Below, one piece after another: positions 11,377 to 22,400 of a DNA stretch of 64,000 bases; within the stretch, counting starts at the first letter, position 1, and every line of letters begins with the position of its first letter. The position numbers and the translations under genes are program-made. Under the pieces are notes generated by a model. That model was not told the origin of the DNA. It saw only the letters and a program-made list of their open reading frames with translations, and did no database searches. This DNA comes from Cyanophora paradoxa CCMP329. Lineage: Eukaryota; Plantae; Glaucophyta. The stretch lies in assembly GCA_004431415.1 (NCBI GenBank), contig QPMI01000089.1:310001-374000 (forward strand), written 5' to 3'.

Positions 11377-12342
11377 TCGTCGGTCGGCCGTCCGACAGTC
11401 GCCGGCCTGACCCATGGCCAGTGGCCAGTGGCCACTGGCCACCGGTGGGCCGGCGGCCCGGCGCCGGCGGTGGGCCGGTGGCACGTGCACCGGACTGTTC
11501 ACCCCCCGAAATTCGGAAATTTCATAAGTTCGGCCGTGCAAGTCTGGGTCTCCGAAGACTCCGGACTCCGGAGTCCGGACTCCGGATCCGATCCGGACCG
11601 AAAAGCCTGCGAAAGGGTATATATATATAGTATGCGCATGTTCGCGTTCGGGCCAACTTCGGGCCAACTTCGGCCCGAGTGGGCCGAGTCGGGGCGGCGC
11701 CGGCCATGCAATTGCAACTTTCCCGAACAGGATTCGAATTCCGAATGTGGGATTGCTCTTTTAGCCGTGGTTTTAAATTGCCGGAAATTGCCGAGAGGCT
11801 GAATTCGGCGATTCTTGACAACGGCAATGTTGCTGCAGCTGGGGGTAAGGAGTTTCTTACGTCGCCATGGAGCGAACGTCTGGAATCGGCAATTTATCGC
11901 CACGGCAATTCCGGTTTTGGGAGAATTCGGCAATTCAATGATTTTACTACGCGGCAATTTTACGCCTCCTACTGAACACTGTCGTTACTCCCCAAGTTGG
12001 CCCCCCAGAGACTCTAGAACTTCGGAAATCAGCTGCAGCGCCGCGGCGGCACCTGCAGACTCAGTGACTGCAGTGCCGGCACTGTCACGCCACTGTGCCG
12101 CACGCGCAGTGCAGGCTGTGCAGCATGCAGCCTGCATGCATATATGCGCATGCGCAGAACTGCGCACTGCGGCATGCCGCAGTGCGGGTGACGGTGATCA
12201 TGAACAATCCCGGAGTCCGACGGTCCACACAGCCTGCAGACTCCAGAGTCCAGACATGTATACGTACACCAGCGCTAGAGACGGCGGCTACCGGAAAGCA
12301 GCTGAAGCAGCAGCAGGCCAGCCTGGCATGCGCAGCAGTTTC

Positions 12343-15300
12343 ATGGCGCGTTTCCAGATGCATGTGCCGGCGCTTTGCGTCGCTCTCGCATTCGTTACGA
12401 CCGCCGCGGCTATCGGGAGCTTCGGCGTTTCGCCCGGCGGCTACATCGCCACGTCGAACGTGACGAGTTTCGGTGTCGAAAGTTACATGGAGAACGAGAG
12501 CGAGGGGCTAATAGCTGCCTGGTACGATCTAGGCCACGAGCGATCCAAATCCGCATGTATCTAGGCCTAGCTATAGGCCTAGGCCGCATGCGCATGCCTT
12601 ATATTAAGCTTGTTCGACCTCGCCGCCGCGCGCGATATCGATCGCCCGCGGCCGCAGGACGATCACAGCAGCAACCGCGGGGGACCGCGTCCAGCTCGCG
12701 TTCTCCGAGGTTAAATCTCATTCATCGGTTTACACAGGAGACTTTATCCGGGTATAATATAAGCATTGCAGACTACGCACGTGCCTATAGCTAGCTGATC
12801 GTGTCACAGGTGATAGACATCGGTTCTTCGCCGCCCGTGCTCCTAGCCGCATCGGTGGACCGCAATTCCGTGCTGCCGGTGACGTTCACGAGCACGTCCG
12901 ACACGCTCCTTGTGCTGGGATCGCTTCCCCAACTAGGCAGGACCGTCCACTTTACCGCAACTTACAAGAGCGTTCCATCGACTGGTAAGTTATCATAGTA
13001 CATCTTTAAATTTAATTTATCGATCTGCATGTGAATTCATGATCAGCGCTAACACTCACAGCAGAAACGGCTAGCAGTGCCGCGGACTTGTCTCTCATCT
13101 CGAAGAACTCTTCACTTTACTATAACGTCCCCGCGAGGTTCGACTCCTCGACGGTCTTCGTCTCTTCTGGCGCAAACACGACAATTAGCCAGCCCCTCTA
13201 TGAGGATTTCTACCTGCGCTTGTGGTCCGCCCCAACTCCATGAATATTAATCTAAGACGGCCTCGAACTCGTAAACAATCATAATCAGCTCATAAAAAGT
13301 TTTATTTATATACATTTTGTTTTTTGAGAGACTACGGTGGGGCGAACCCCCCGTAGGTAGTGATATTAAAGACAACAAAGCAATCACAAATCAAAGATAC
13401 AGTAAACTAGCACAAAATATATACAGAATCAAGAGGGATCACGAGAAAGGACACGATCAGAAGAACGCAAAAGATAAGGAGAACGAGCACGAGGAGAAGG
13501 AGTAGAAGAGCTCAAGGGCGTCGATGCAGAAGTACTAGTCACACTAGAACGACGAGGAGCACGGGGACGCAGCAAATAAGGAGAACGAGCACGAGGAACT
13601 ACAGTCGAAGACGAAGATCTAGACGAAGACGACAAGACAGAGCTAACAGCAGAACTAGAAGACGTAGTCGCAGGAGGCAAAGGCGGTAGAACAGTAGGAG
13701 AGGCGAAACGTAGGACACCACTAGAGGGGAAAGTCGAAGCTGGCGGAGTGTCTAAACGGAATCGAGATTGTAGAGTTGGTAAAACAATGGACGGCTGAAG
13801 ACTAATCTGAGGAACTGGGGACGACACGAGGAAAGGGGCAGAGCTCGGGTGCAGACTCGGAATCGGCAGTATAAGAGGAGGGGCGAAACGCAAGCCAGTA
13901 GTGACAGGGAAGGCAGACGATGGGGCTGAACCAGGCGGGAGAGGCAAATATAGCGAAGTAGAAGAGAGAGAAGGGTACACACGAGGAACGTCACCATACA
14001 CAAAATACTCGCTGCCAAAAACTATACGGTCTGACGGTCGCTGAAGATAAAGAGGCGGAACTGCCTGAGGGCTAACAGTGAGAGATGGCTTATTTATATA
14101 CATATATATAGTTAAGTTCCAAAAAGCTATCATATATAATGAGGTTCCAAGTCCAGCCCTTACTCGCACGCTGAATAATATTAATCTTTGTTCATGTGCT
14201 ACGTATTCTGAACTTCGGAACAGGCACGTGAAAGTGGCGCCGTCCTCGGGCTGCGATGATAAGAACGGGAGCCTACTTTCCCTATCAATTCAAGATCTCA
14301 AAACTGACTTCAATGATTACGTTAACGTAAGCAATGCATAATCAGGCACTGTCTCTGCTCTGAGTTCCATTGTGTTGCATTTGCAATTGTGCAGGTCATC
14401 GAGTTGAATCCAGCGGCTAGGCGGACGCGGGACACAGTGCTGGAGCAGTTAATGGCAAGGAAAGCCGTCTCGAAGCTCGGAGCGGTCAGCGGCAATAGAA
14501 CCAACTCGTACACAACGGCTGTTGGTAGCGAGATGATAGTTGTCTTCGTTGCGGATTGCTGCAACGGACCTACCTCCAGCAGCAAACCCAACGAGCCGCC
14601 GTTCACTGGCATGAACGCAACCGCTACAGTTGGCGCGTAACTATATAAGCCTTTACCTTAAAAATATGTATACGGAAGCCTTGCAATTGCAATTGGCGCG
14701 CACTTAAAGCTTGCGATCTAGAAATATGTATACGTAATGCTTCACTATATATATATGCAACGATTTATGCTGACACTGGCGCCTCAGCCTTCTGCGTCCC
14801 CTCTGCGACACCGACCCCAAGGTGCAGAAAATATATATACAATTAATTATACTCTGCGCTGCTTTCGCGCTTGATCGCTTTCGGACGTCAATGCAGCCCC
14901 ACGCCCTCGTACTCGCCATCCCCCAGGCAAATTCGAGTTCTTTTTACATGATTAGCCCTGGGGCCCTCGCACAAATCTTATTGATTTATACGAGTGCCCC
15001 AGCGCTAGTCCTTCGCCCAGCCCCTCTCCGTCACCCGTCGGAGGCCCCACTCCCTCGCCCAGCCCGTCTACGGTGACGTCACTCGATCCCATCGGGGGCG
15101 CCACTCCCTCTCTGAGCCCGTCTCCGTCACCCGTCGGCGGCGCCGGCGGTCTATCGACCGGCGTGTCCCCTATAGCCTCTCCGCCTCTGGTTTGACCTTC
15201 GAACTCTTCTCTCTAGCCATGGAAACTTGACACTGACACTAAGCTTGCTTCCGGGCCCGCAGAAATCCCTTGAGCCTGGCTCGACCGCTATTATCACCCT

Positions 15301-16663
15301 CCTCATGAACGGTATAGCGGTCCGCATGTCATGATCATCGCACGCGCGCACATCGCAGAATTTATATATGACCGTGATACCTCTCGATATCGATGGCCAG
15401 ATCAACGTCACCGCTTCTCAGTTTGTGAAGGAGACGGTGCTTGCTTTCCGATCGCCAGCTTGCGTGCTTCCTTGCAATTGCACACGCATCACAATATATA
15501 TAATTAGCCGCTGAACCCGAATTCGCGATCGCTGACAAACGCAACTTTAAATTCCACAGGAGAAATCAGGCACCGTCATCTACAAGCTCGCCATTACGAA
15601 CCCCGCTGCAGTTGTTTCCGTACCTGATGTGAGCCGATGAGTGCAAAACTCACTGAGTAGCGCGCCAGAATATAATTAATGTTTTTGAGAATGCTTATCG
15701 CCACGTGCACTCCAGACTGGGTCGTCTGACTTCTTCGCCATCCCTGTCCTCAATCTACTCCAGGTACAATCCGGCGACCTTATGCTTCTCCAATTTATGA
15801 TTTTATATATATCTCTTGCAATTGAATATGCTTTTCGTTTGTATGCTGCTGATTTCAAATTTTCGCACTCTAATTTGCAGGCTGGCCAACTGATCGCGGT
15901 CTACGTTACCGACGACTCCGGCAACAAGATTCGGGCCTCGGAAGAGAGCGTCGAAGGAAATGGGATCAACATTGTCGTCAAGTTCAGTACGTGATCTATT
16001 AATATTACAGCAAAGAACGCTTGAACTTGTGAACGCAAAACACATGTCTTAATCTTCGTGTTTCCGAGCAGAGCCGCCAAAGATGCCGGTTGCTCGCAAT
16101 CGCCGCCACCTCCTTTTCACAGTCAACACCCTGGTTTGAACATTGAATGCACTGGCGCTTTAATTTGGTTATAAAATCTTAAGACTGATGTCGTTGATTC
16201 GAATGCAGTACAATATTCGCATTGAACCTGCTGCTGGCGCTTCTCAGCAAGATCAATTCGCTCCGATTGTTTTTGCGAATGTGCGCTCCCAAACTCGAAA
16301 TCGGCTCGGATTTAAATGGCGGCATCTCATATATAGCTTCGATCGCGAGCATGTCGGCTATTCAAGCCAGCTGTTTACATTCTATCCGGCAGGGGATTCG
16401 ATGGACCGCCACTGCAGCTGGCTCTGGATCCAGCGCTGGCACCCAAGGCCAGGCATCGATCCCGTACTGGCCGAGTGCTGCTACCCCGTCGCACCCGTCC
16501 GCGGTTTCGGTGATTCCGCAGCCTCATTTTCGCACTATTTAATCGTTATGATTTTGATGAGACCAAGTTCGAGCTCTTCTCTGATCCGATGATCGCGCTG
16601 CAGATCGTTGGGCTCGTTTTCAGCGCCGTTATCAGTGTCGTCAGTATACGTATGCACTGGTGA
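12343..16663 (+). CDS. CUB-domain secreted or type I membrane protein, multi-exon, lower GC than its neighbours
   Basis: Signal peptide (VPALCVALAFVTTAAA). CUB-like 1: WTITAATAGDRVQLAFSE...DFIR|VID...TFTSTSDTLLV...FTATY. CUB-like 2: WHVKVAP...LSLSIQDLKTDFNDYVN|VIE...SGN...SEMIVVFVAD...GMNAT. Then an SP-rich linker near 15000-15190 and a hydrophobic C-terminus IVGLVFSAVISVVSI. The start codon and 3' exons are tentative. Confidence 0.62.
13316..14089 (-). mobile_element. 5'-truncated non-LTR retrotransposon (LINE-like) insertion in an intron
   Basis: 14-bp TSD ttatttatatacat at 13302-13315 and 14090-14103. A-rich tail on the minus strand, preceded by a 10-bp stem with a TTCG loop (13332-13356). 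Headless minus-strand ORF ending ...RSPYLLRSSDRVLSRDPS* at 13429. Lies in intron 13225-14223 of the CUB gene. Confidence 0.85.
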
Positions 16664-18332
16664 ATCGGGGTGGAGTTGTTATGGGTGGATCCGGATCCGG
16701 AACAGGCAGCGGAACGCGCCCAGCTTTACATGCACAGCATGAGAACCAAGAATATTCTGCAGGCGGTTCTCACGAGAACCGTACCAAGAATATTCTGCAG
16801 TAGAGAACCGATTCTTATGGCGGTTCTCACGAAACGCTCATTAGAGAATCGAGCTGCAGCTGTGTACCAGTTTACGTATACGTAGCTAGCGCTAGGCGAT
16901 CGTTAACTTCCGAATGTTACCCACCCTGCAGCTGGCCTAAAGCTTGTTGCGTATTTATACGTATACGCATACAGCAGCTGCAGCTGCTCGGGGGGGCCGG
17001 GGGAGCCAGATGGCATGCGCATGGGGTGGAATTCGAACGCCGCGATGATCGACGTCCGGCCCCACGGGCCACTAGTGGCTGCGTGGCCGCAAAGTTGAGG
17101 ACGGGCTTGTCGTCGAAACGGCGCAGGGCGCCTTCTCGCAGTAGAACTACGCCATAAATATATATGATGCCATGCAAGCCCAACCGAAATCGTAAGCTTA
17201 GCGGACCGCATGCGCAGCAATCACGGCATATGAAATTTAAAAGCCTTCGAATTCCGAAATTCGGACTGCGCGAAATTAAATTTTCGATAACTTGAAAAGG
17301 GAAACTTAGTTACTTGCAATAAGGTGCTCACTGCGTGCTGTATTTAATTGGGGAAGGACCCCCTTCCCCTTCCCCCACTTAGGGGTGTTCGGGTGCGCGT
17401 GCCCACCCTAGGCCAAAATGAAATGTCCCGACCTCCCACTGGGCCAAAACCCGGGTTTTCTCGCCGGATCCTAGCAAGGCATGTCCCTAGGAGTCCGAAA
17501 ACGTGTGCCGGAAGTTCTGGGTCCTATCCGGTGAACCAGGAATGGGCAATAACACGTTTTCAAAAACTGCACCCTAGCGCCTCACCAGATGGCGGTATAT
17601 CTGCCTGATCAAGTGCGCCTGAATGCGCCTGATACGCCCGATGATTCATGTCATACATGCCGAGAGCGGAGGGGCACAGGGTGGCCCGCTAGGCCGCCTC
17701 AAGTACCTGTTGTACCGAGCGCCGAAAAAAATCGCTCCTGCGAGTTGGATTTTTTCGAGACTCGAGCAGGGGGGGAAGGGAGCCAATGGCTGGGTACGAG
17801 CGCACGATTTAGCCAGCAAGCTAGCCGACAGGCTGGCTAGCTGGGCAACTAGCTGAGCTCCGGCTGTCGGCTTGCTGCAGCTGGACTTCATGATCAGCCG
17901 CGCGAAGTTCAGCGCGTGGCGTCCGTCGACCGCGCTCGCCCGGGCCGGGCCGCTCGAGCCTCACTCCTCGCTCGTGCGCTCGCCGCGCGCGGCGCTGCCG
18001 TCGGCGCTGCCACGCTCCACGCTCCGCCGATTCCGGCCGCACCAGGTACGAACCCGTCCTCCTCCGCCGCGCGCGCCGCCCTCTCACTTCCCGCGACCGC
18101 GGCCGTCGCCCCCGAGACGCAGCAGCGAACGTCGCAGCTGCAGCTGGGCATCAAACTCGCATCTGTTCCTTCGGTGCGCATGCTGCACAGCTGTGTTCGT
18201 CGCTCCCTCGAGCTCTGCCGCGGGGGGAAGGTCTGCCGCTAGCGCTGCGCCTAGCCTCCCGGGTCCGCCCGCGCCGACGCCGGCCAACGCCGGCGCGGCG
18301 GCGCGGCCGCCGGGATCCTCCCGCTCCTCGGG

Positions 18333-18727
18333 GGCGGAGGCGTAGCGGGCGGCGGCGCGGCTCGCCGGGCAGGGCGGAGGCGCGGCGGGCGGCGGCGCCG
18401 GCGCGGCTCGCCGGCCAGGGCGGAGGCGCGGCGGGCGGTGGCGCCGGCGCGGCGCGCCGGCCAGGGCGGAGGCGCGGCGGGCGGCGGCGCCGGTGCGGCT
18501 CGCCGGGCGGGACGGAGGCGCAGCGGGCGGCGGCGCCGGCGCGGCTCGCCGGGCGGGGCGGAGGCGCGGCGTGCGGTGGCGCAGCTCGCCGGGCGGGGCG
18601 GGAGGCGCTGCGGGCGGCGGAGCGGCTCGACGGGCGCGTCTCGACGGTCAGGGCGGAGGCGCGTTCGGGGGCGGCGCGGCTCGCAGGGCGGGGCGCCGCG
18701 GCGGAGGCGCGGCGGGCGGCGGCGCTT
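18333..18727. repeat. GC-rich minisatellite, 46-bp unit, about 8 degenerate copies
   Basis: Unit gggcggaggcgcggcgggcggcggcgccggcgcggctcgccggcca starts at 18372, 18418, 18464, 18510 and 18556. The unit length is not a multiple of 3. Confidence 0.85.
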
Positions 18728-19199
18728 CTCAAGATCTAGCTATAGTCCTCCGCTGAGCTAGATCTCGTCCTCCCCCACCCCTCCCCCTCCTCCCCCATGA
18801 TCGAGCTGCTATCAGAGTCCACACTAAATATATCTCGGCTCAAAGATAATGTGATCATGACCAGCCGCAGGGGTTAATAACTTTCCTGCTCAACCTTTAA
18901 GAGGTCCTTCCCCTTCAACAGGGGCAGTGCAACTGCAGTGTCCCTGTTCCGTTCATTATACAATCGCAATTTGCAAAGTTGAATTGTTGATACAATACTA
19001 AATATGATACGTATACTCTACTGCAATTAACATTGTTGCTGGCACTGTGGTCGGACAACGACATCGATATCGATGCGCGTCACTGCAGCTGAGTCATGAT
19101 CGATATCCGATGATCACCGATCGCGAATATTAATCAGTGAAAAGGAAATCAAAGTATTCGAACTCCGGATCCTTTGGGCTATCGCCAAGCGGCTACTCC

Positions 19200-19296
19200 G
19201 GTCCAGCCGAACCGCTGGAAACAGCGGCGCGTGGGGAGGAGGGCGACCCCCTACCTGCCTGGCCATGGCCGGACCTATCCGAGCAAAATAAAATAA
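19200..19296 (+). repeat. Structured ~90-bp dispersed element, copy 1 (SINE-like or LINE 3' end-like)
   Basis: Homologous to 19710-19808. Closing stem ggtcc...ggacc, hairpin ccgctg-GAAA-cagcgg, a second GC-rich hairpin, and tail tatccgagcaaaataaaataa. Confidence 0.7.
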
Positions 19297-19437
19297 TGCC
19301 AGCCTACTGCGCTGTTACTGATGAACGCATATGCATGTGCATTCCTATGGCCATGGCCAGCTGCAGACCTGCGCCCAGCTCCGAGGGCCAGGCTCCAATG
19401 CCTAGGCCCGAGCCTCGCCGGATCCGAGGGCTCGTGA

Positions 19438-22400
19438 TCAGCGCTTGATGTGGCGGATCCTGTAGAGGGCGAAGGCCTCTACGGCGCGGAAGCCGGCCAT
19501 GAAGACCGCCAGCACGCCCATGTTCCGCCACTGCGCCCGGAAAGCATACATTAGAGGTTTGTTGCAGGAAAGCATACATTAGAGGTTTGTTGCAGAGGTT
19601 TTGGGGTTTCGGAAGCCAAGTTTCGCAGTGCGGCAGTCTAGATCTAAAATAACACTTCGAGTCTGTTTCAACGGTTGTCGCCGCCTTAATCGCCGTCTTA
19701 ATCTAGCATGGTCCGGCCGAGCCGCTGGAAACAGCGGCGCGTGGGGAGGAGCAAACCCCCTCCGGGATCCCTGCCTGGCCGGACCTATCCGAGCAAAATT
19801 GTTTTTTTGCCGTCTTAATCTAGCACTTCGCCGCCTTAATCGCCGTCTTAGGGCGCGCGCGCGCCGTCCAACTTTGGCCGTCTTAATCTAGCACTTCGAG
19901 TTTAATTTGGTCCTGGCGCGGACCTTGTTGTCGTAGCTGTAGGCGAACATGCGCATGAGGTCGTCCCCGCTGGACACCGCGCAGAGCGGCCACTCGCTGC
20001 GAAAGCGCGCGCGCGCGGGCCTCAGCTCTGGCTCCTTTCACGCATACTTGGGGGGTACGCCCGCACTTCTGGCCGCAGACGAAGGTCCGCCCCTGGACCT
20101 CGTTGGCGAGGAGGGACTCGAGGGGGTACGTCATCCAGGAGCCGTAGTACATCCAGAACCAGGGCCTGCCGATCCCAATCCCGATCGCGGGCGTGAGCTT
20201 TGCCCTACGCTTTTGGAGGGTGGGGGAGCGCTGGTGAAGGCTAGGGGGGGAGGTCCGGGTCTCGATTAAGCTTCGCCCTAGGCCCCGCATGTCGGGCTCG
20301 GTGATCATGAAGCCGGCGAAGAGGGCCATGGCGGCGAGCGCCATGGGCGCCAGCACCGTCGCCGCCTCCGCCGTCGGGCAGAGCTGGGGCGGGGAGATCA
20401 GAGGCGAGTCGAGGCCGTGGGCCGGGGGCATGCGCAGGAGGAAGAGCTAATTATAAGAGGAGGAGGCATAGCCTAGCCTGGCAGTACTAGTAGGACCTAC
20501 AATTGAAAACTAACGTTGAACCTACATATATATTAATCATCGAGGAGGCAATATTTAATCACCGCGAGCCAAGGTTTGTGGCTGGGAGGCCTGGCCTGGG
20601 GGGGGGGCGGGGCTGGGAGATCATGATCATGATCAGCCAAGGCTACATGCATATGGCGGTCGCGATCATGAGAGGGAGGAGGAGGAAGATCAGAGGCGAG
20701 GCGATCAGACAGGGCCAGGGCCAAGGCTGGCTTTCTTAAGGCTTGGGCTCTCGAGGTTGAGGTAGCCTGGAGTCCCGAGCTCGGGCAGGAGGCTTACGAT
20801 CAGAGGCGAGCCTAGGCCATATGCATGGGCCGGGGGCAGGAGGAAGGGCTAATTATAAGAGGAGGAGGCACAGCTTAGCCTGGTAAAGCTATAGGACCTG
20901 GAAAAATTCTCAAAGAGGCAGTATTTGATCATCGTTTCCCAAGATTTTTGGCTAAGAGGCCTAGGCCCGGCCTGGGTGCGGGCAGGCACCTGGGACATCA
21001 TGGACATGAACGCCTCGACGTTGTTCGCGAAGACGAAGGTCATCAGCAGGAAGAACCCAAAGCGGCCGCCTGCGCAGACGAGTCAAGGGAAAGTCAGAGA
21101 TGGAGGGGGCGGGGGCGGGACGGGGGCGGGGCACCGTAGTCGCCGGGGTTGAGGTCGGCGAGGAAGTAGCTGATGCTGTCGAAGAGCAGGAGGCTGGAGG
21201 GCGGGAGGCGGAGGCGGAGGCGGAGGCGGAGGCGGATCATCGGATCAGTTGGGAGGCGCGTGAGGGAGAGCGGTGCGTAAATCTCGAGCGGCCCTAGAAA
21301 TCTAGATGCCGTCGAAGAGCAGGAGGCTGGGGAGGGCAGGAGGCGGAGGCGGAGGCGGGTCAGTTGGGGGGTAAATCTAGAGCAGCTCTCCTCTTCGCTA
21401 GGCGACCGCGGTCTGCCCTAGCTCTCCCAGCTGCACGCCTAGGCCCCCCGTCTCTTCTTCTGGAACTTCTCACCTGAGGCAAGTGACGGGTAGCTCGGCG
21501 AGGATCCAGGCGAGGAGCTGCGCCGAGGGGCGGAAGGTCCCCTGGCTGTGCTCCCGGTAGAACACGTCCCGGTCTATAATTATCCAGGATGATCATGAGG
21601 CGAGCTCAGGTGGGGTGGCTACAATTAGATCTAGATGTCGTACCCTCGACCTTGCCGGAGATGGAGCCGAGGGAGCTAAGGGCGAAGAAGATGAGGGCGA
21701 ACCACATGTACGAGGCCCGCGTCCGCGCCGACGTCTGAGCGGGGGGGGGACGAATCAGATCAGATCGGATCAGATGGGACTCGCTCCGGTCCGGGATCGG
21801 GCGGGTGGGGGGTGGGGGGGGGGGGGGTGGGGGGGGGGAGGAGGACCTGGGTGTTGTCGCGGTCGAGGTAGAAGAGCGTACCCCCGATGAGCGCCATCCC
21901 CACCGCCCTACCCGCCAGCCCCCCTCGAGTTGGCGGGGGGGCGGCCGCGGGCGGCCGCGCGGGCGATGCAAGCTTAAGCTTGGGCGCAAGCCTCGAGCTC
22001 GGGCACCGGATCCCGGAGGAGGGCGCCGCGGAAGACGGCGCTCATGGCACTAGTTCAAATAAAGTATCCTATATTCATAAACTAGGAATTCGAAGCTTGC
22101 AACTAATAAGAAATACAATTTGATCCGCACCTGAGGAGGACGCCGCGGAAGATGGCGGGGCGGCGGTAGTTGGCGGCGAAGGAGCGCCGCGCGCACTCGC
22201 GCAGCTGCGGGGGGGAGCTCGAGCGTAAGCCCGCCGCGATTGGAAGTAGAAAGGGCAGCGGAGAGCGCTAGCGCTCGCGAGGCGTGCCCGGGGCCCGCGG
22301 AGGCGGGCGGTGTCCCCTCTAGATCTAGCCGCCCCGGAGAGGGCGCGGCGCACGCTTGAGCCCGCCGTGTGTACTTCGGCGTCGTACATGGTCTAATTAT

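Noticed and set aside
13128-13152. gaggttcgactcctc resembling a tRNA T-arm
   Set aside because: It lies in a coding exon, with no D-arm, anticodon arm or acceptor stem.
17359-17780. Possible MITE bounded by cccttccccc / gggggaaggg
   Set aside because: Only a 10-bp low-complexity inverted match and no TSD. It may be TE-derived, but I cannot support it.
16900-18345. Short ORFs between the CUB gene and the minisatellite
   Set aside because: Fragmentary, with no domain signal or coherent exon chain.
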